Assembly (NCBI GenBank): GCA_964016885.1 | Contig: OZ024747.1 | Coordinates: 930,001 to 994,000, forward strand | Direction: 5' to 3' | From: Eledone cirrhosa | Taxonomy: Eukaryota | Length of the DNA: 64,000 nucleotides | Shown here: positions 38,331 to 53,675 of the stretch, in pieces | Layout: the number at the start of each line of letters is the position of its first letter | Position numbering within the stretch: the first letter of the stretch is position 1 | Program-made: the position numbers and the translations under genes | Notes under the pieces: model-generated | What the model was told of the DNA's origin: nothing | The model's database searches: none | What the model saw: the letters and a program-made list of their open reading frames with translations, nothing else

Positions 38331-38930
38331 TGTCAGGTCACCAGTTGGTGCTACTGGTAACATGTAGCCCAGTACAACCTGTCCCATGGTCGGGTCGTTG
38401 GCGACTAAACTGGCAACCCCACCAAGGTTTCTTGGTGAGGAGGGTGACTTTGGACATCCTGCAGGACTAAAAACAAAACCTGTCAAAGGGCAAAGGAGCT
38501 CTTAAGAGTCAATGGCCATCCAAAATCACCGGGAGAGATGACCCCTTAGCCTTTGTCAAGGCAGAATTCTAGGAGAGGGAAAACTCTGATATAACACCTG
38601 CAACCCTGATGGTATCCAATGATGTTGACTTGTTCTTCTTTTTGGTAAATATCATCTTGGTTAAGAGAGTGGGACTGGCTTTGTGCAGTGCCTTTGCTCA
38701 CTATAAAAGCTTCACGGCACAGGCATTGCTTTATATCTGGAGGTCTCTCTGCACTTGTCGTCACATGGTACCATGGGCCCAGCACTATGTGTCAATAATT
38801 GTCACAAGTGTAGTGTTTGTACCAGAGTTTTCAAGTCGCAACGTCACACTTGTTCAGCGCATCGGTAGGGGTTCTCCTACATGGATATAAAGTAGTGGCC
38901 GTACTCGAAAACGAGTTGGCAGCCACCATG
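38331..38930 (+). mobile_element. Apparently full-length ~600-bp non-autonomous RTE-derived retroposon
   Basis: Joins the 5' part seen at 25139 with the 3' part seen at 36661, 24845 and 2837; TATG flanks; no long ORF. Confidence 0.75.
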
Positions 38931-39059
38931 TATGCGTGTATGTATGTGCATACGTCTGTATCTACGTATGTATGTATAAATATGTGTCTGTATGTGTGTT
39001 TATGTATGCATTATGTCTGTATTCATATCTGCACATATGATTAATTAGTTGAAATCTTA

Positions 39060-39420
39060 TAAAACCGTTTCTAACTCTGAAATAAATCTCCATCACTGGA
39101 ATTTAGATAACAACAACATCATTAACATGCTCGTTTTACTGCATTTCACAAATGTTTTGCATATTTTCACTGTTCCTCTGACAAATTGGATTAAATGATT
39201 TCTTTTGTGTGTGTGCACAATAGTAACAAAGTATCTTACCCCTCGAAGTCATGTATATGTTTGTGGTTGAGATATGTTTTGTGTATCCTGTGACGAGTTC
39301 GTTTGTTTTTTGTTTAAGAGTTGTTTGCTGGTGAGCAATATATGTATAGCCTCTTCAGAGCAAAGTTTGCACGAATGTAAGGTTTCCGTTGTAAGGTTTA
39401 ACCTTGTTTAAGATACTCAA
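39060..39420 (-). mobile_element. Old degenerate R4/Dong-related 3' fragment
   Basis: ctggaattt and aatgttttgcatattttcactgttcc resemble 12356 and 12525-12550. Confidence 0.45.
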
Positions 39421-39830
39421 TTGAAACTTGAAACGTGCATTTTTTTCTCGCGTGCTATATGTAGCTCAAAAGTTTCGTGGTATTTTCCTGGCTGAGTTAC
39501 GATGTTGGTAGAATCTAATTTTGCATTCACGGGCTATGAAGGCATTCAGATCGGAGACCATGAGCGATCTCTAAAAGTCATTAGCGTGGCACTCCTATAG
39601 AGAGGCACTGCGTGTTCGAGACATGCTTTACAGGCACAGAAGTGCTCACAGCCGAAGCTGCTCATGCAGGACAACAATGCTACCATACACACTATACAGT
39701 GTATTTAGAGATCTGAGGGTTCGTTATTGTGCGTGAGACGCATCTCAATGGCTGGCCAATCCATATTGAAAATCGAACTGCTTTCCTCCCTTGGCAGGAA
39801 AAGGAAGCAAGTTTCTTCTGCATAGAGGCT

Positions 39831-40056
39831 ATGGTAAAAGGGATTGTGTAGTGGATAAGATGGTAAAAGGGGTTGTGTGGTGGATAAGGTGATAAAAGGG
39901 GTTGTGTGGTGGATAAGGTGGTAAAAGGGGTTGTGTAGTGGTTAAGGTGGTAAAGGAGTTGTGTGTTGGATAAGGTGATAAAGGGAGTTGTGTGGTGGAT
40001 AAGGTGGTAAAGGGGTTGTGTGGTGGATAAGGTGGTAAAGGGGTTGTGTGGTGGAT
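39831..40056. repeat. G-rich 27-28-bp minisatellite (~8 copies)
   Basis: ggttgtgtggtggataaggtggtaaaag. Confidence 0.9.
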
Positions 40057-40059
40057 ACG

Positions 40060-40180
40060 AGTGAAAGGTTTCCGCCCCAAAGCTCAACAACTTTTGAAGA
40101 AGAAAGTGAGGGTGGAGAAGGAAGTTCTGCTTTCTAGAGTGTTCCATGGAAGGTAGGTGAATGCGGAGAGATTAACAAGG
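40060..40180 (+). mobile_element. L1/Tx1-like ORF2 C-terminal remnant
   Basis: LKKKVRVEKEVL; similar to the peptide at ~49450-49525 (-). Confidence 0.5.
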
Positions 40181-40398
40181 CTGACTGGGCTTATTCTAAC
40201 CGTGCTTTTCTAAAATAGAAGGAAAAGAAACTAGCAGAGGGTACTTTCAATGTTTTTGGTGATACAGAGTACTCCCTGGAATTCGGTAGTAATAACCCTA
40301 GATGGTCTTCCACAACCTAGAGGAATTATTGGAAATGTTTCGTGACATTTATTGTTTTTATAGATTTCGATTCTTTTTATTCGATGTACACACACACA

Positions 40399-40487
<89 letters not shown>

Positions 40488-40620
40488 TAACATCACTGAA
40501 TCGATCAGAACGTAAAGCCCACTTTGTGTTATAACTCGTCCTTGTATTGTCACCAATGTCTTTGGTCCTTGTGGTCATTAAAAGAAATCCTCATAAAACA
40601 GAATAATTACGGTGTCTGAA

Positions 40621-40735
40621 GAAATATTTTGCGGTGGTATTTGTTCCGACTTTTTACGATTTTAAATCCTGCCGAGGCCGACTTTGCTTTCATCTCTTCC
40701 AGGTCGAGAAACAAAGTACCAGTCAAGTACTGGGG
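40621..40735 (+). mobile_element. Nin/Deu-like SINE, degenerate
   Basis: aaatcctgccgaggccgactttgctttcatc..aagtaccagtcaagtactgggg. Confidence 0.65.
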
Positions 40736-40921
40736 CCATCTAACCCACTTTCTTCTCCTCTAAATAGTTTACATCGAACCTAAAATTATTATTGTTGTTG
40801 TGGATGATTTATAACTCCCAGATACAATCTGATGACTATAACTGGGGATGTTTATCCCCCTCCCTCTCTATATCTACCTTTCTATCTATCTCCCCCTCTC
40901 TATATCTATCTATCTCTTCTC

Positions 40922-40957
<36 letters not shown>

Positions 40958-42025
40958 TATATATCATCACACAAACATACGGACGACCTGCCCCTTATAA
41001 TGATGTGCAGTGTGAGGGCGGTTTTTCCTCCCAGTCGCCTTTAATGCACTTGATGACCTCTGCTGCTGACCAGGCACACGACCCGTGAAAAACCTGTGAA
41101 GCTCATTAACACCTGTGTCATTATAACAATTTGGCACCATTAATTAGTTTATTCCCCGAACTACAGGTGAAAGTGTTGCCATATTTAAACTACTTCCTTT
41201 CCTGTGTTCAGGTATGTATGTGTACCTGTATATATGTGTGTACATATGTTACGTGCGTGTAACTATGTGTGTGTTTGTGTCAGTGTCGGTTTTTTTAAAC
41301 ACACACACATATATATAGTTACACACACGTAACATATAGATGTACTCACACATATATATATATATATGATATAGAAATGGCTTCTACAGGACTAGAACTG
41401 TGGTTAACCCGATTGAACCCGACACATACCCCCCCCCCCCCCCTCTCCACATATATATATAGAGAGAGAAAGAGGAGAGGGGAGAAAGTCTGTGGGGCTA
41501 TGACCGTGGATACCACTAATCATGTGAGTACTCAATACATGAGATATAGAGTGGGTAGAGAGATATGTAAAATCCCGACGGCGACGCCAAACAGTTTCTT
41601 GTGTGTTCAGAAAGCCTTTTCAAATGGTGTAGTAATATTGAAAAAATAGGTCACTGGTGTTGGTAGTGCTTTGGTTGGATTTATTATAGTAATAAACTGA
41701 TGAGATGGCGGAAGTGGTGGGACAGACAGTGGTAGGTTTATACAGACAGGCGGCAAGGGTCAGGAGGAAGTAGTGTGGGTGGGGATATAGGTGGTTAGTG
41801 GGTAGGAGAAGGGGCATAATGGTGTTAGAAGTAGAGGGCGAGGGGTGGGATTATTTATAGATGGGTCTTATAGGCTGACAGAGTATTTTAAAGTTAAGAG
41901 TTAACAGTAAAACCTGGGTAATATAGGGGTTTAAAAATAGGGATAGTGGATTATAGGGCTTGGTAACATATATGTATGTATATATATATATATATGTATA
42001 TAATAATAATACAAGGACGATGATT

Positions 42026-42110
42026 GGTGACGCGCGTTTCGCTATTGATCAACTCAAGGTGCGATGTGTACCGATCTGGCCCGACTCTGGAATCAAAAGC
42101 TCGTCTGACC
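42026..42110 (-). ncRNA. Type I hammerhead with a long stem II and one core substitution
   Basis: Minus strand: ggt-CAGACGA-gct..ttgat..atcaa..agc-GAAA-cgcgcg-TC-acc. Confidence 0.7.
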
Positions 42111-42460
42111 TCTGCCGTTGTAATGACAGCTCACCTGGGTGAACCTACAGTAACTTCACCTTACACTCCCTCCATATATATATATATATATATATATGTC
42201 AGGTTTGTTAAATAATAATAATAATATATAGGTTGGTAACATGTGTTTGTCAGTGTTATTATTCATTATTTAACAAACCTAACACACACACACACACACA
42301 CACACACTATATATATATATATATATATGTTAGGTTTGTTAAATAATGAATAATAACAAACATTTACCTAAAAAGGACTCAATACCGGATGTAGAGGCGA
42401 ATTGATAAAATGAATGTTGACTGCGACTTCATGTTTGACGTGTGTAAAGGTTCGTTGAAG

Positions 42461-44927
<2,467 letters not shown>

Positions 44928-44966
44928 CGAAACAAGTCAATTGCATGAACTCATAATCCTTTATTT

Positions 44967-45022
44967 ACTGCTATATATATTTCGATGATAGCCATTGAAT
45001 GGCTATGACCTCATCAGGCAGT
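44967..45022 (-). ncRNA. Type I hammerhead ribozyme
   Basis: Minus strand: actgc-CTGATGA-ggtc atagccat tca atggctat catc-GAAA-tatata-TA-gcagt, followed by aaataaa. Confidence 0.85.
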
Positions 45023-45081
45023 TAGTCAGTTCTTAGATATGCCAGCTCTGTGTATATAGTGTTGATGGTATCAGAGCCTTG

Positions 45082-45116
<35 letters not shown>

Positions 45117-45724
45117 CATTACTTGCTATGATTTATTAAGGGCTGTTTGACAAGTTGTAATAGAACTCTAGATGGAAAAAATGTGCTGCCTTTGTATATA
45201 TGTAGATTCTGTAGTGTATAGTGGAACATGCTGGAATATATGTATACACAATATACATACATACACTCACACATGTGTGTGTATATATATATATGTTTAG
45301 TTATGCCTCCGCTTACTGAAGAATGTCTACGCTAGTCTATGTATTTACATGTGTGTATTAACTTATTTTATGCAGCATAATATATATATCAGTGTGCGTG
45401 TGTGTGTGTGTATGCATATATTTATATGTGTGTGTGTATGTGTCTGTGCGTGTCAGTGTCTTTGTATGTGTATTTTGTCTGTGTGTGTGTACCATGACCC
45501 CCGTCGCACGCTAATTGACCTCAATTATGCAAATTGTGCCAGCTCTCAAGTCGGTTATTAAATCACTACAAGAGTTACTCAAATAATTTGTTTACAACAT
45601 CCACAGCTGAAGAACTGTTTATTCTTCGATGTTCTCTTCTGATACTGTTGTCTCTGGCGGGGAATCAATTAAACACCACCACATCAATACTATATCTTTC
45701 AATGAACTTGGAAATCATAATAAT

Positions 45725-46156
45725 AATTGTTTCTACTTTTTGGCACAAGGCCAGCAATTATCCAGTGCATTACTGGTACAATAATAATTATTTCTATTAT
45801 AGGCACAAGACCAGCAATTATCGCAGTGTATTACTGGTACTTTATTTTATCGACCCCGTAAGGATGAAAGGCAAAGTTAACCCCGGCGGATTTGAACTCA
45901 GAATGGCAAGGGCCGTAACTTTATGCTGGAAAGCATGGCGTCCGACCCTCTACTGATACTGTCAATCCACCGGCCTAGCATGGCGTCCGACCCTCTACTG
46001 ATACTGTCAATCCACCGCCCTAGCATGGCGTCCGACCCTCTACTGATACTGTCAATCCACCGCCCTAGCATGGCGTCCGACCCTCTACCGATACGGTCAA
46101 TCCACCGCCCCAGCATGGCGTCCGACCCTCTACTGATACTGTCAATCCACCGCCCT
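45725..46156 (-). mobile_element. Nin/Deu-like SINE with its 5' head repeated 5 times (45-bp unit, 45932-46156) and a duplicated tail
   Basis: Same subfamily as 30864-31063, which has a single head. Confidence 0.85.
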
Positions 46157-46631
46157 TTTAATAATGGTGTCTGATTCGTTAGTCGATTAAATTGCCTCCG
46201 GTTGTTACATTAGTTTAACTTGATGGTCAATTGGAATAAATACCTGTTACATATTGAGGTAGATTAGTTGACTATAGCAATTACTGACAAGTATATAATT
46301 ATCTACTAATGTAGGTAATTGTTGTTTAATTTAATGATAAAGAATGAGGTGGTGTATATCGTATTTATAAGCACCCCCACCCTCATGAAGTCGATAGTCA
46401 ATTCAGTTGATATTGAAATGTAAATCTCTGTAGATTGTTGTCTGTTGGAAGTGGCAGAACTTTTAAACAGCTTCTAATTTTGTGGAGAAGGATTGGATAA
46501 TTCAGTTGAGAGTTTCCGGTTTAACTCCTCCCATTTAGATTACTTTATCGGAGATCCATCATCTTGCAAGAATTCGGGGTCAAGTTTCTGACGAAAGGAT
46601 TACTTCATTCCTTCTTTCCACCAGTTACAGA

Positions 46632-46933
46632 CAGGGTAGGATTTTGACCTTGGGGGCCCGGGGCACTTCAAGTTTTGGGTTGACCCTCACACAAGAAACT
46701 ACAATACACAGCAAACCCCAAATTTTACATATCAAAGTTAGCTTGGTACAAGTAATTGGAATTGAAAAATTATACATACAGGTATTGAATTCAAAAATTC
46801 TAACCATCCTAAAACTAAAAACCCCAGCTGGGGGTCAAATAAATTGCTACGGTCGTCGCTGGTAGGGACCCCTCCCCCGCTGCAGGGGCCCCGGGGCAAT
46901 TTCCCCCATTGCCTCCCATTAGATCCGGCCCTG
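46632..46933. mobile_element. hAT-type MITE with an 8-bp TSD (GTTACAGA)
   Basis: gttacaga|cagggtaggat...atccggccctg|gttacaga. Confidence 0.85.
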
Positions 46934-47164
46934 GTTACAGAGACCTTGCAAAAAGGTTCTATGCACTGTTCTTCCTCCTCTCATCAAGTCAATAAAAATA
47001 AGGGTAGGGCGATGATGTGGACCGCAGTTTATTACAGGTATTGCTGTGATCATTGCACCAGACTGAAAACAACAACACAACCCTAGTTTGGTCTCCATGG
47101 TGACAGAAGACAAATTTCAAGGAGACCATTAAGTATTACCACTTTGAGCTCAACAAGAATAAAA

Positions 47165-47246
47165 CGCTTCCGGTTTGAGCGGAAGTCATGGGCAAGTGCA
47201 TAGTGTAGTTATTTGTTATTTCATTTCTCTCCTTTTACTTCCGGTT
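47165..47246. promoter_or_regulatory. Cluster of three ETS-type CGGAAG sites (promoter-like)
   Basis: cttccgg at 47167, gcggaagt at 47179 and acttccgg at 47237 in CpG-poor surroundings. Confidence 0.35.
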
Positions 47247-47472
47247 CAACAGGACTTGGTCGAATTCAGACGATATATATATATATGCTATATACACACA
47301 TATTTATGCATGCATGTATGTGTGTGTGTGCGTGTGTGTGATATACACACATATATATATATATAAAGTGTGAGAGAGGGGGGGGGGGGCTGAAGGGGGG
47401 GGGTGGTGATTGTGAGCAAACAAATAGGACATCAAGGAAAACATATGTGATGTTGATGTCACTGCTTTGTCA

Positions 47473-47506
<34 letters not shown>

Positions 47507-47862
47507 ATAAGTACCATGTTATGCATCTTCATGTGTGTATGTAAGTATGTGTGTGCGTGCGTGTGTGTGTATGTATATGTATGCATGTATGTGTGTTTGT
47601 AGTCGTTTGTTTGTGAGTCTGCATGGCTTTGGTGTTTTTCTAGTAAAGTCCAGAATTTATTTTTAGAGGATCGGGGAATCCCTTACTATAAATCAAACAA
47701 CTAGAATATAGGGTTTGAAAACCGACACAATTCCCTGAATAGGAGGAGAGATGGTCATGACAAGAATGGTCAGTTGGCTATCCTAGGACCAACTGTAGGT
47801 TACATAACAATAATAATATACTGACCTTAATTGTGGAAACAGAAGAGAAGGTATCTAGAAAG

Positions 47863-48061
47863 CTGTGGCTGGAGAGAAATGACCAGTGGGGTGAGAAGTG
47901 TGTATGTCACCTGGTCAGAGACTGTGGCTGGAGAGAAATGACCAGTGGGGTGAGAAGTGTGTATGTCACCTGGTCAGAGACTGTGGCTGGAGAGAAATGA
48001 CCAGTGGGGTGAGAAGTGTGTATGTCACCTGGTCAGAGACTGTGGCTGGAGAGAAATGACC
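47863..48061. repeat. 59-bp tandem repeat (~3.4 copies)
   Basis: Units at 47863, 47922, 47981 and 48040; internal dyad tgaccag..ctggtca. Confidence 0.95.
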
Positions 48062-48545
48062 TTACAGATGTTAGCTAAACGATCTAGCCACTAGGCTACG
48101 TGCCTTCACAGAACAGTAGTAAGAACAAGAAAACAGATTCATCAAAATGAGATATACATTGACATAGGGTAATTCTACCAATATTTCTCGCATTTCCCTC
48201 AGACTAAAGCCACATGCTAATGTAGGCCATTTTCGCCTCTCTCATGTACCTTTCACATAATATTTAAGGGACAGCCCCTTCCTCTCTATCACCCCCTTCT
48301 TCAATTGGTAACATACTATATTTTTCGGTATAGTCACCTACCCGTAGTTGGTTGGCAAAAGGTTGTGTATCGATCTTCACATTGGTTGAGAGAACGATCC
48401 AGTACATGATAACAGCTGTTCATTATAAACCCCAAAATCAGCAATATCGACATCTCAGTCATTTTACGGCTGTTGCAAATTTAACACATTTATTAAATAT
48501 TTTCAAATTCTTCTTTCCCTCCCCTGACCCATTTTCTCCCCCCCC

Positions 48546-48612
<67 letters not shown>

Positions 48613-48629
48613 CACACACATATATATAT

Positions 48630-48664
<35 letters not shown>

Positions 48665-49119
48665 CATCGAATCTTACCTCTTATATATATATATACATAT
48701 ATATATGTATATGTACATCGAATCTTACCTCTTATGTTTACATACACACACACACACACATATATATATATATGTGTTTGTGTATGTATATATTTAATTT
48801 TGCTGACAGTAAACAAAATTATAAATTTTGGATACTACATATGTATTGAGTCCTACATTCAGTTACTGAAATTCGTTGATTTTTATATATTAAAAAACAC
48901 TTATTTTAAACATGCACGCACAACCATACATACACACTTGCACACATTCACAAACACACACAGATATTTATATGTATACGCAAGTGTGTATACACAAGTG
49001 TAAAAGTAGATGTTTAATGACAGAAACACGAGACTCTCTGGGCTACACCCTGCTACATGCAAATTTGACAAACTTTGCTGCTTCTGCTCAATTCTTTGTG
49101 CATATATTTGTTATATTTG

Positions 49120-49550
49120 TAATAATAATAATAATAATGATGATGATGATGATTTCTTTATTAAGCAGGCAGAGGTCACACCAAGAAAACATTAAAGACG
49201 GCACAGGGCGATACAATGTGCGATTTTGCGTTTAAAAATGTTTAAACACACAATGAACATGTAAAAAAATTCAATATAAAAATAAACTTTCCCAATAGTG
49301 GGAAGAGGGCCTTGGAGGGTCACTGGTGGAGAAATTCCACAAAATGGCGCAACTCCCCACTAGGGCAACCACCCATTTCCAGTTATCCTTTTCCTATCCA
49401 TAGGCGCATGCTTACAATGAGGTCAATCACTCGGACAATGCCCGCCATTCTCATCCAACTTTCTACAAACTGACTAAAAGACAGCACTTCCCTCTCCAAT
49501 GAAGATTTCCCTCTTCAAGTGAACAACGATATTTACGTGTTTGACGGATC
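49120..49550 (-). mobile_element. L1/Tx1-like 3' end with polyA signal and (CAT)/(TAT) tail
   Basis: Minus strand HLKR..LEREVLSFSQFVESW; aataaagaaatcatcatc..attattatt. Confidence 0.55.
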
Positions 49551-50017
49551 TGGCTATCAGCTAACCCCATCGTGAAGATCACGCATACTTTTTGGCCGGA
49601 ATGGGCGGATAGTTTTCTTCTGTCTGGTGGCTATGGTGAAGGAGGTGGGTGATGAGTCTGAAAGGACTGAAAACAGACACATGCCAGCATCGACTTTTAA
49701 ATTCCACTTAGAAAGGAAGGTAGGAGGGAGAGGGAAGTGATGCCCACCCTCAGTATAAGTAGGTAGGTGAACGTACAGAGGATGTACAGAGCGTTTGTAG
49801 GCTGAAGAGTTGAGAGAGGAACGAGGGAAACTTCCTGAGGTGCTCCATAATGCTCCATGGTGTTTATGGTGCTCCATGAGGATCATGGTGCTCCATGGTA
49901 GTTTCGGCCATGTGGGCTCCTTAAATCTCCTTTTCTAATGAGGAATTCCGTTATTTTTAATTTGTTGTTCATTTTTACTTGTTTACTTTCTTTTCACGTA
50001 TATACACACATACTCAC

Positions 50018-50086
<69 letters not shown>

Positions 50087-50138
50087 AAGAGTATTCACAA
50101 CTTCTAACTGGATTAACCAATAACGATAAGTTGATATC

Positions 50139-50178
<40 letters not shown>

Positions 50179-50209
50179 GTGAGTATGTGTGTATATATAT
50201 ACATATATC

Positions 50210-50295
<86 letters not shown>

Positions 50296-50306
50296 GTGAG
50301 TATGTG

Positions 50307-50344
<38 letters not shown>

Positions 50345-50388
50345 AATGAAAGTATAGAAATTTTTGTGAGCATGAAAAACAGTATTTC

Positions 50389-50455
<67 letters not shown>

Positions 50456-51103
50456 GTTTTGCGAGGTTTTTGATATGAAATCGTGTGTCGAAACAAATAT
50501 TGTTATACTTGGGGAGGGTCATATTGTTGTAATAATATTGCCAGAAATAATAACAGAACACACTCACTGTTTGGTTGGTTTTCGCTTTTGTATCTTTTAT
50601 ATCTCCGCAGTTAATTCATTTGGTCCTCAATGTTAATAATTGACTGACCAACGGTCAAAAATACAGATATAATATAGATATAAACACATATATATAGTCT
50701 AACAAAGTTCTTTCGTTGCACATCTGCAACATCATCACTGGTACTATTATGTTCCTCCTGTTGGAGGAGTAATAAGGACACCCCCACAAAGAGAGTACTA
50801 ACAAATATGATTTAGAATGTAGCACAATGGAAAGCATCCAGCAGATAGCTAACTCCATACACCAGAGTACAACTGTAACTATCGACTACCCTTCCAAACA
50901 CCCTAACAGTAGACTACCTGTATTAGACACGGAACTCTGAATTAATACTATAGACGAGAGGGCCCAAATTCTCAACTCACACTACGCTAAACCCATGGCC
51001 TCCAAATATGTCCAGTAGTGCTAAGTTTACTACTCTGATCGCAGACTTGGTACGAGTGATGAAGAAGGCGTCCCGCATGTGCGACCCAACAGAAATGGAA
51101 AGA

Positions 51104-51473
51104 TCTTTAGCAGGGTGGTCGTCGGTCATCCCGTCTAATTGGTTATTGTTTACTGGCGGGCATATCATCAAACAAAAAAGAACATACCTCAAGATTATGT
51201 TACGTGAACATTTTATTTAAAGCAAATCATAATACTGGTTAACACATCAGTGCTCCAAGGTTGGGTAGTGGTTCATTATCGTATTATGCCACGACCGCAT
51301 GGTGTGATGTCGCTGCGTGGATAGCTGCACGGGGACTAGCACGTCTGTTGTTTACGAGCTGCCATGGTCAGAGTGTTGTGGTGTCAGCAACTGATGTCGG
51401 AACGTGACGTCAGAACTAAGGGCAGTTAATCGACTGGCTTCACAGTCGACGCTAGATGGCGTGAGCTTCTACA
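51104..51473 (-). mobile_element. ~370-bp solo-LTR-like insertion splitting the PLE ORF
   Basis: The PLE frame EMER|..IQHFINRMQFSGY is interrupted here; the insert reads TGTAG.. on the minus strand with an internal AATAAA; no clear TSD. Confidence 0.5.
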
Positions 51474-52479
51474 CATCCAACACTTCATCAACCGCATGCA
51501 GTTCTCTGGCTACAACCAAAGAGACAGAATCAGAGTATAAAGGAGCCACGGAGAAGTATAAGAACCTCATAGAATTGGACATGAAAGGAATTTGCCCATT
51601 ATACAGGAGCAAATTATGGAATAGCTTAGGTAGGACTAAACATAAGATGGGGAAAGCCACCTCATGGTACGACAACCAGAAATACCAGAATGTCATGTTC
51701 GTGGACGCTACCTCTGGAAGGAAATTAGCTAACCAGTGTAGAAAGGCCCTGAGAAGGACCCACTTAAAGATTAAAGTGGTAGAAAAGCCAGGAACTACCA
51801 TAAAATCCCCGATAAGCAAAACATACCCTTTTAAGAAAACCCACTGTACTAATAGGAAATGTGTTATATGTAAAGTAAACGCCCAGATAAACTGCAAAAC
51901 TAGAAACGTAGTCTATAGCATAAGATGTACAGAGGGTACTTGCAGAAACATGACAACAACATACATAGGCGAGACAGCTCGTAGCATAGGAGAAAGGATA
52001 GACCAACACTGGGGGGAACTAAAAGGACGAAAAAACGGTTCAGTACTATACGAACAGGCCAGACAACAACATGACGGTAACATAGACAACATAGAAATTA
52101 AAATAATATCTAAACATAGAAATGACCCAGAAGATAGGCAAAACAGACAAGCAAAATAGAGCTTAGAAGGCCAAAGCTAAACAGAAAAAATGAATGGAAT
52201 AACAACAACACCCCAACAAACAATACTGACCTAAGAGAAATATAAATAAATAAATATATACACAAGCACAATAACAACAAACACATAAACACACACTAGT
52301 AAACTAAGATAGAAAGAATACAATAACCAAAACACAGTCCCCCAAAACGCGAACACACACCAAACACTATACACACACGCAAACGCATGCGCAGAGAAGA
52401 AGAGAAAAATAAATAAATAAATAAACAGATAAAATAAAAATGGCGTAGACATACAATACAACAGGAGGAACATAATAGT

Positions 52480-52521
52480 ACCACTGATGATGTTGCAGAT
52501 GTGCAACGAAAAAACTTTGTT
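52480..52521 (+). ncRNA. Hammerhead-like core of the Naiad-like pseudo-LTR (also at 29460-29503 + and 50701-50742 -)
   Basis: acca-CTGATGA-t gttgca gatg tgcaac-GAAA-(g/a)aac-TT-tgtt; stems I and III are weak. Confidence 0.55.
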
Positions 52522-52722
52522 AGACTATATATATGTGTTTATATCTATATTATATCTGTATTTTTGACCGTTGGTCAGTCAATGATAAACATTGAGGACC
52601 GAATAAATTAACTGTGGAGATATAAAAGATACAGAAGCGAAAACTAACCAAACAGTGAGTGTGTTCTGTTATTATTTCTAGCAATATTATTACAACAATA
52701 TGACCCTTCCCAAGTATAACTA

Positions 52723-52771
<49 letters not shown>

Positions 52772-52772
<1 letters not shown>

Positions 52773-53302
52773 TAAAAGAGAAAACACAGGTAAGCATTAA
52801 AAAAGGATTTTATCCAGGTATTTACGACCGTTTCATTGGTAAGCGCAACCTTATATCGCTATACTGCAAATAGCAGCCAATCGATAATAACTGTTATTCA
52901 CCTCCAAATTTTCAAAATAATGACTAAGTGACTTGTAAAAAGTTCTTAATATATAAAAAAAAACTTTTTTTTGGGGGGGGGGGGGTCGTATTTACTAGTA
53001 TAGAGAGAGAGAGGAAGGGGGAGAAGAGTTAGGAAGTAGAGGGACGGGGATGGAGGGAGGGGTAAAGGTGGAAGGATTCCTCGATCAGTTTTGATTCGTA
53101 GACTTGATGTCAATTTACAGTGTAGGGAGTTAAAGAGAATTAAATTGTTTAATAAACAATTTAATTTGGAGGTGAATAACAGTTATTATCGATTGGCTGC
53201 TATTTGCAGTATAGCGATATAAGGTTGCGCTTACCAATGAAACGGTCGTAAATACCTGGATAAAATCCTTTTTTTAATGTTTACCTGTGTTTTCTCTTTT
53301 AT
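52772..53302. repeat. Inverted repeat with ~139-bp arms (PLE pseudo-LTR inversion)
   Basis: 52772-52910 versus 53163-53302; the arms contain attgg..ccaat-GAAA-cggtcg-TA (HHR 3' half). Confidence 0.9.
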
Positions 53303-53458
53303 TCTTTATACTCCAAGATTGAACGTGATTTACTAACCACATTCTTGCAAACTTGTGAAGTTACCCCCAACCGTACGTTGGAGACCGTCCAAGAAACTGG
53401 GTATCTTAACCACGAATTGGATTACAATAAGCAAATTTCTGCTTTCCTAACTTAAAGA

Positions 53459-53543
<85 letters not shown>

Positions 53544-53552
53544 CCCAGGTTC

Positions 53553-53630
<78 letters not shown>

Positions 53631-53633
53631 AGG

Positions 53634-53675
<42 letters not shown>

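Larger units (their letters stand above)
50452..52722 (+). mobile_element. Naiad-like PLE: inverted 5' pseudo-LTR piece, RT thumb, linker, GIY-YIG and pseudo-LTR; pseudogenised
   Basis: IANSIHQ..DYPSKH..LPVLD..HYAKPMAS; MQFSGY; MFVDAT; CxxxxCxxC..NVVY..YIGETARS; ~50501-50763 is the reverse complement of ~52459-52720; same family as 28770-29745. Confidence 0.9.

Noticed and set aside
38331-38415. HDV-like ribozyme at the 5' end of the RTE-derived element
   Set aside because: P2-like (ccagt/actgg) and CTAA elements are present, but I could not build a consistent P1/P3/P1.1 pseudoknot by eye
50938-50940. In-frame TGA in the Naiad-like RT as a possible selenocysteine codon
   Set aside because: It falls where Trp is expected after LPVLD (TGG>TGA); the copy has other lesions and I saw no convincing SECIS
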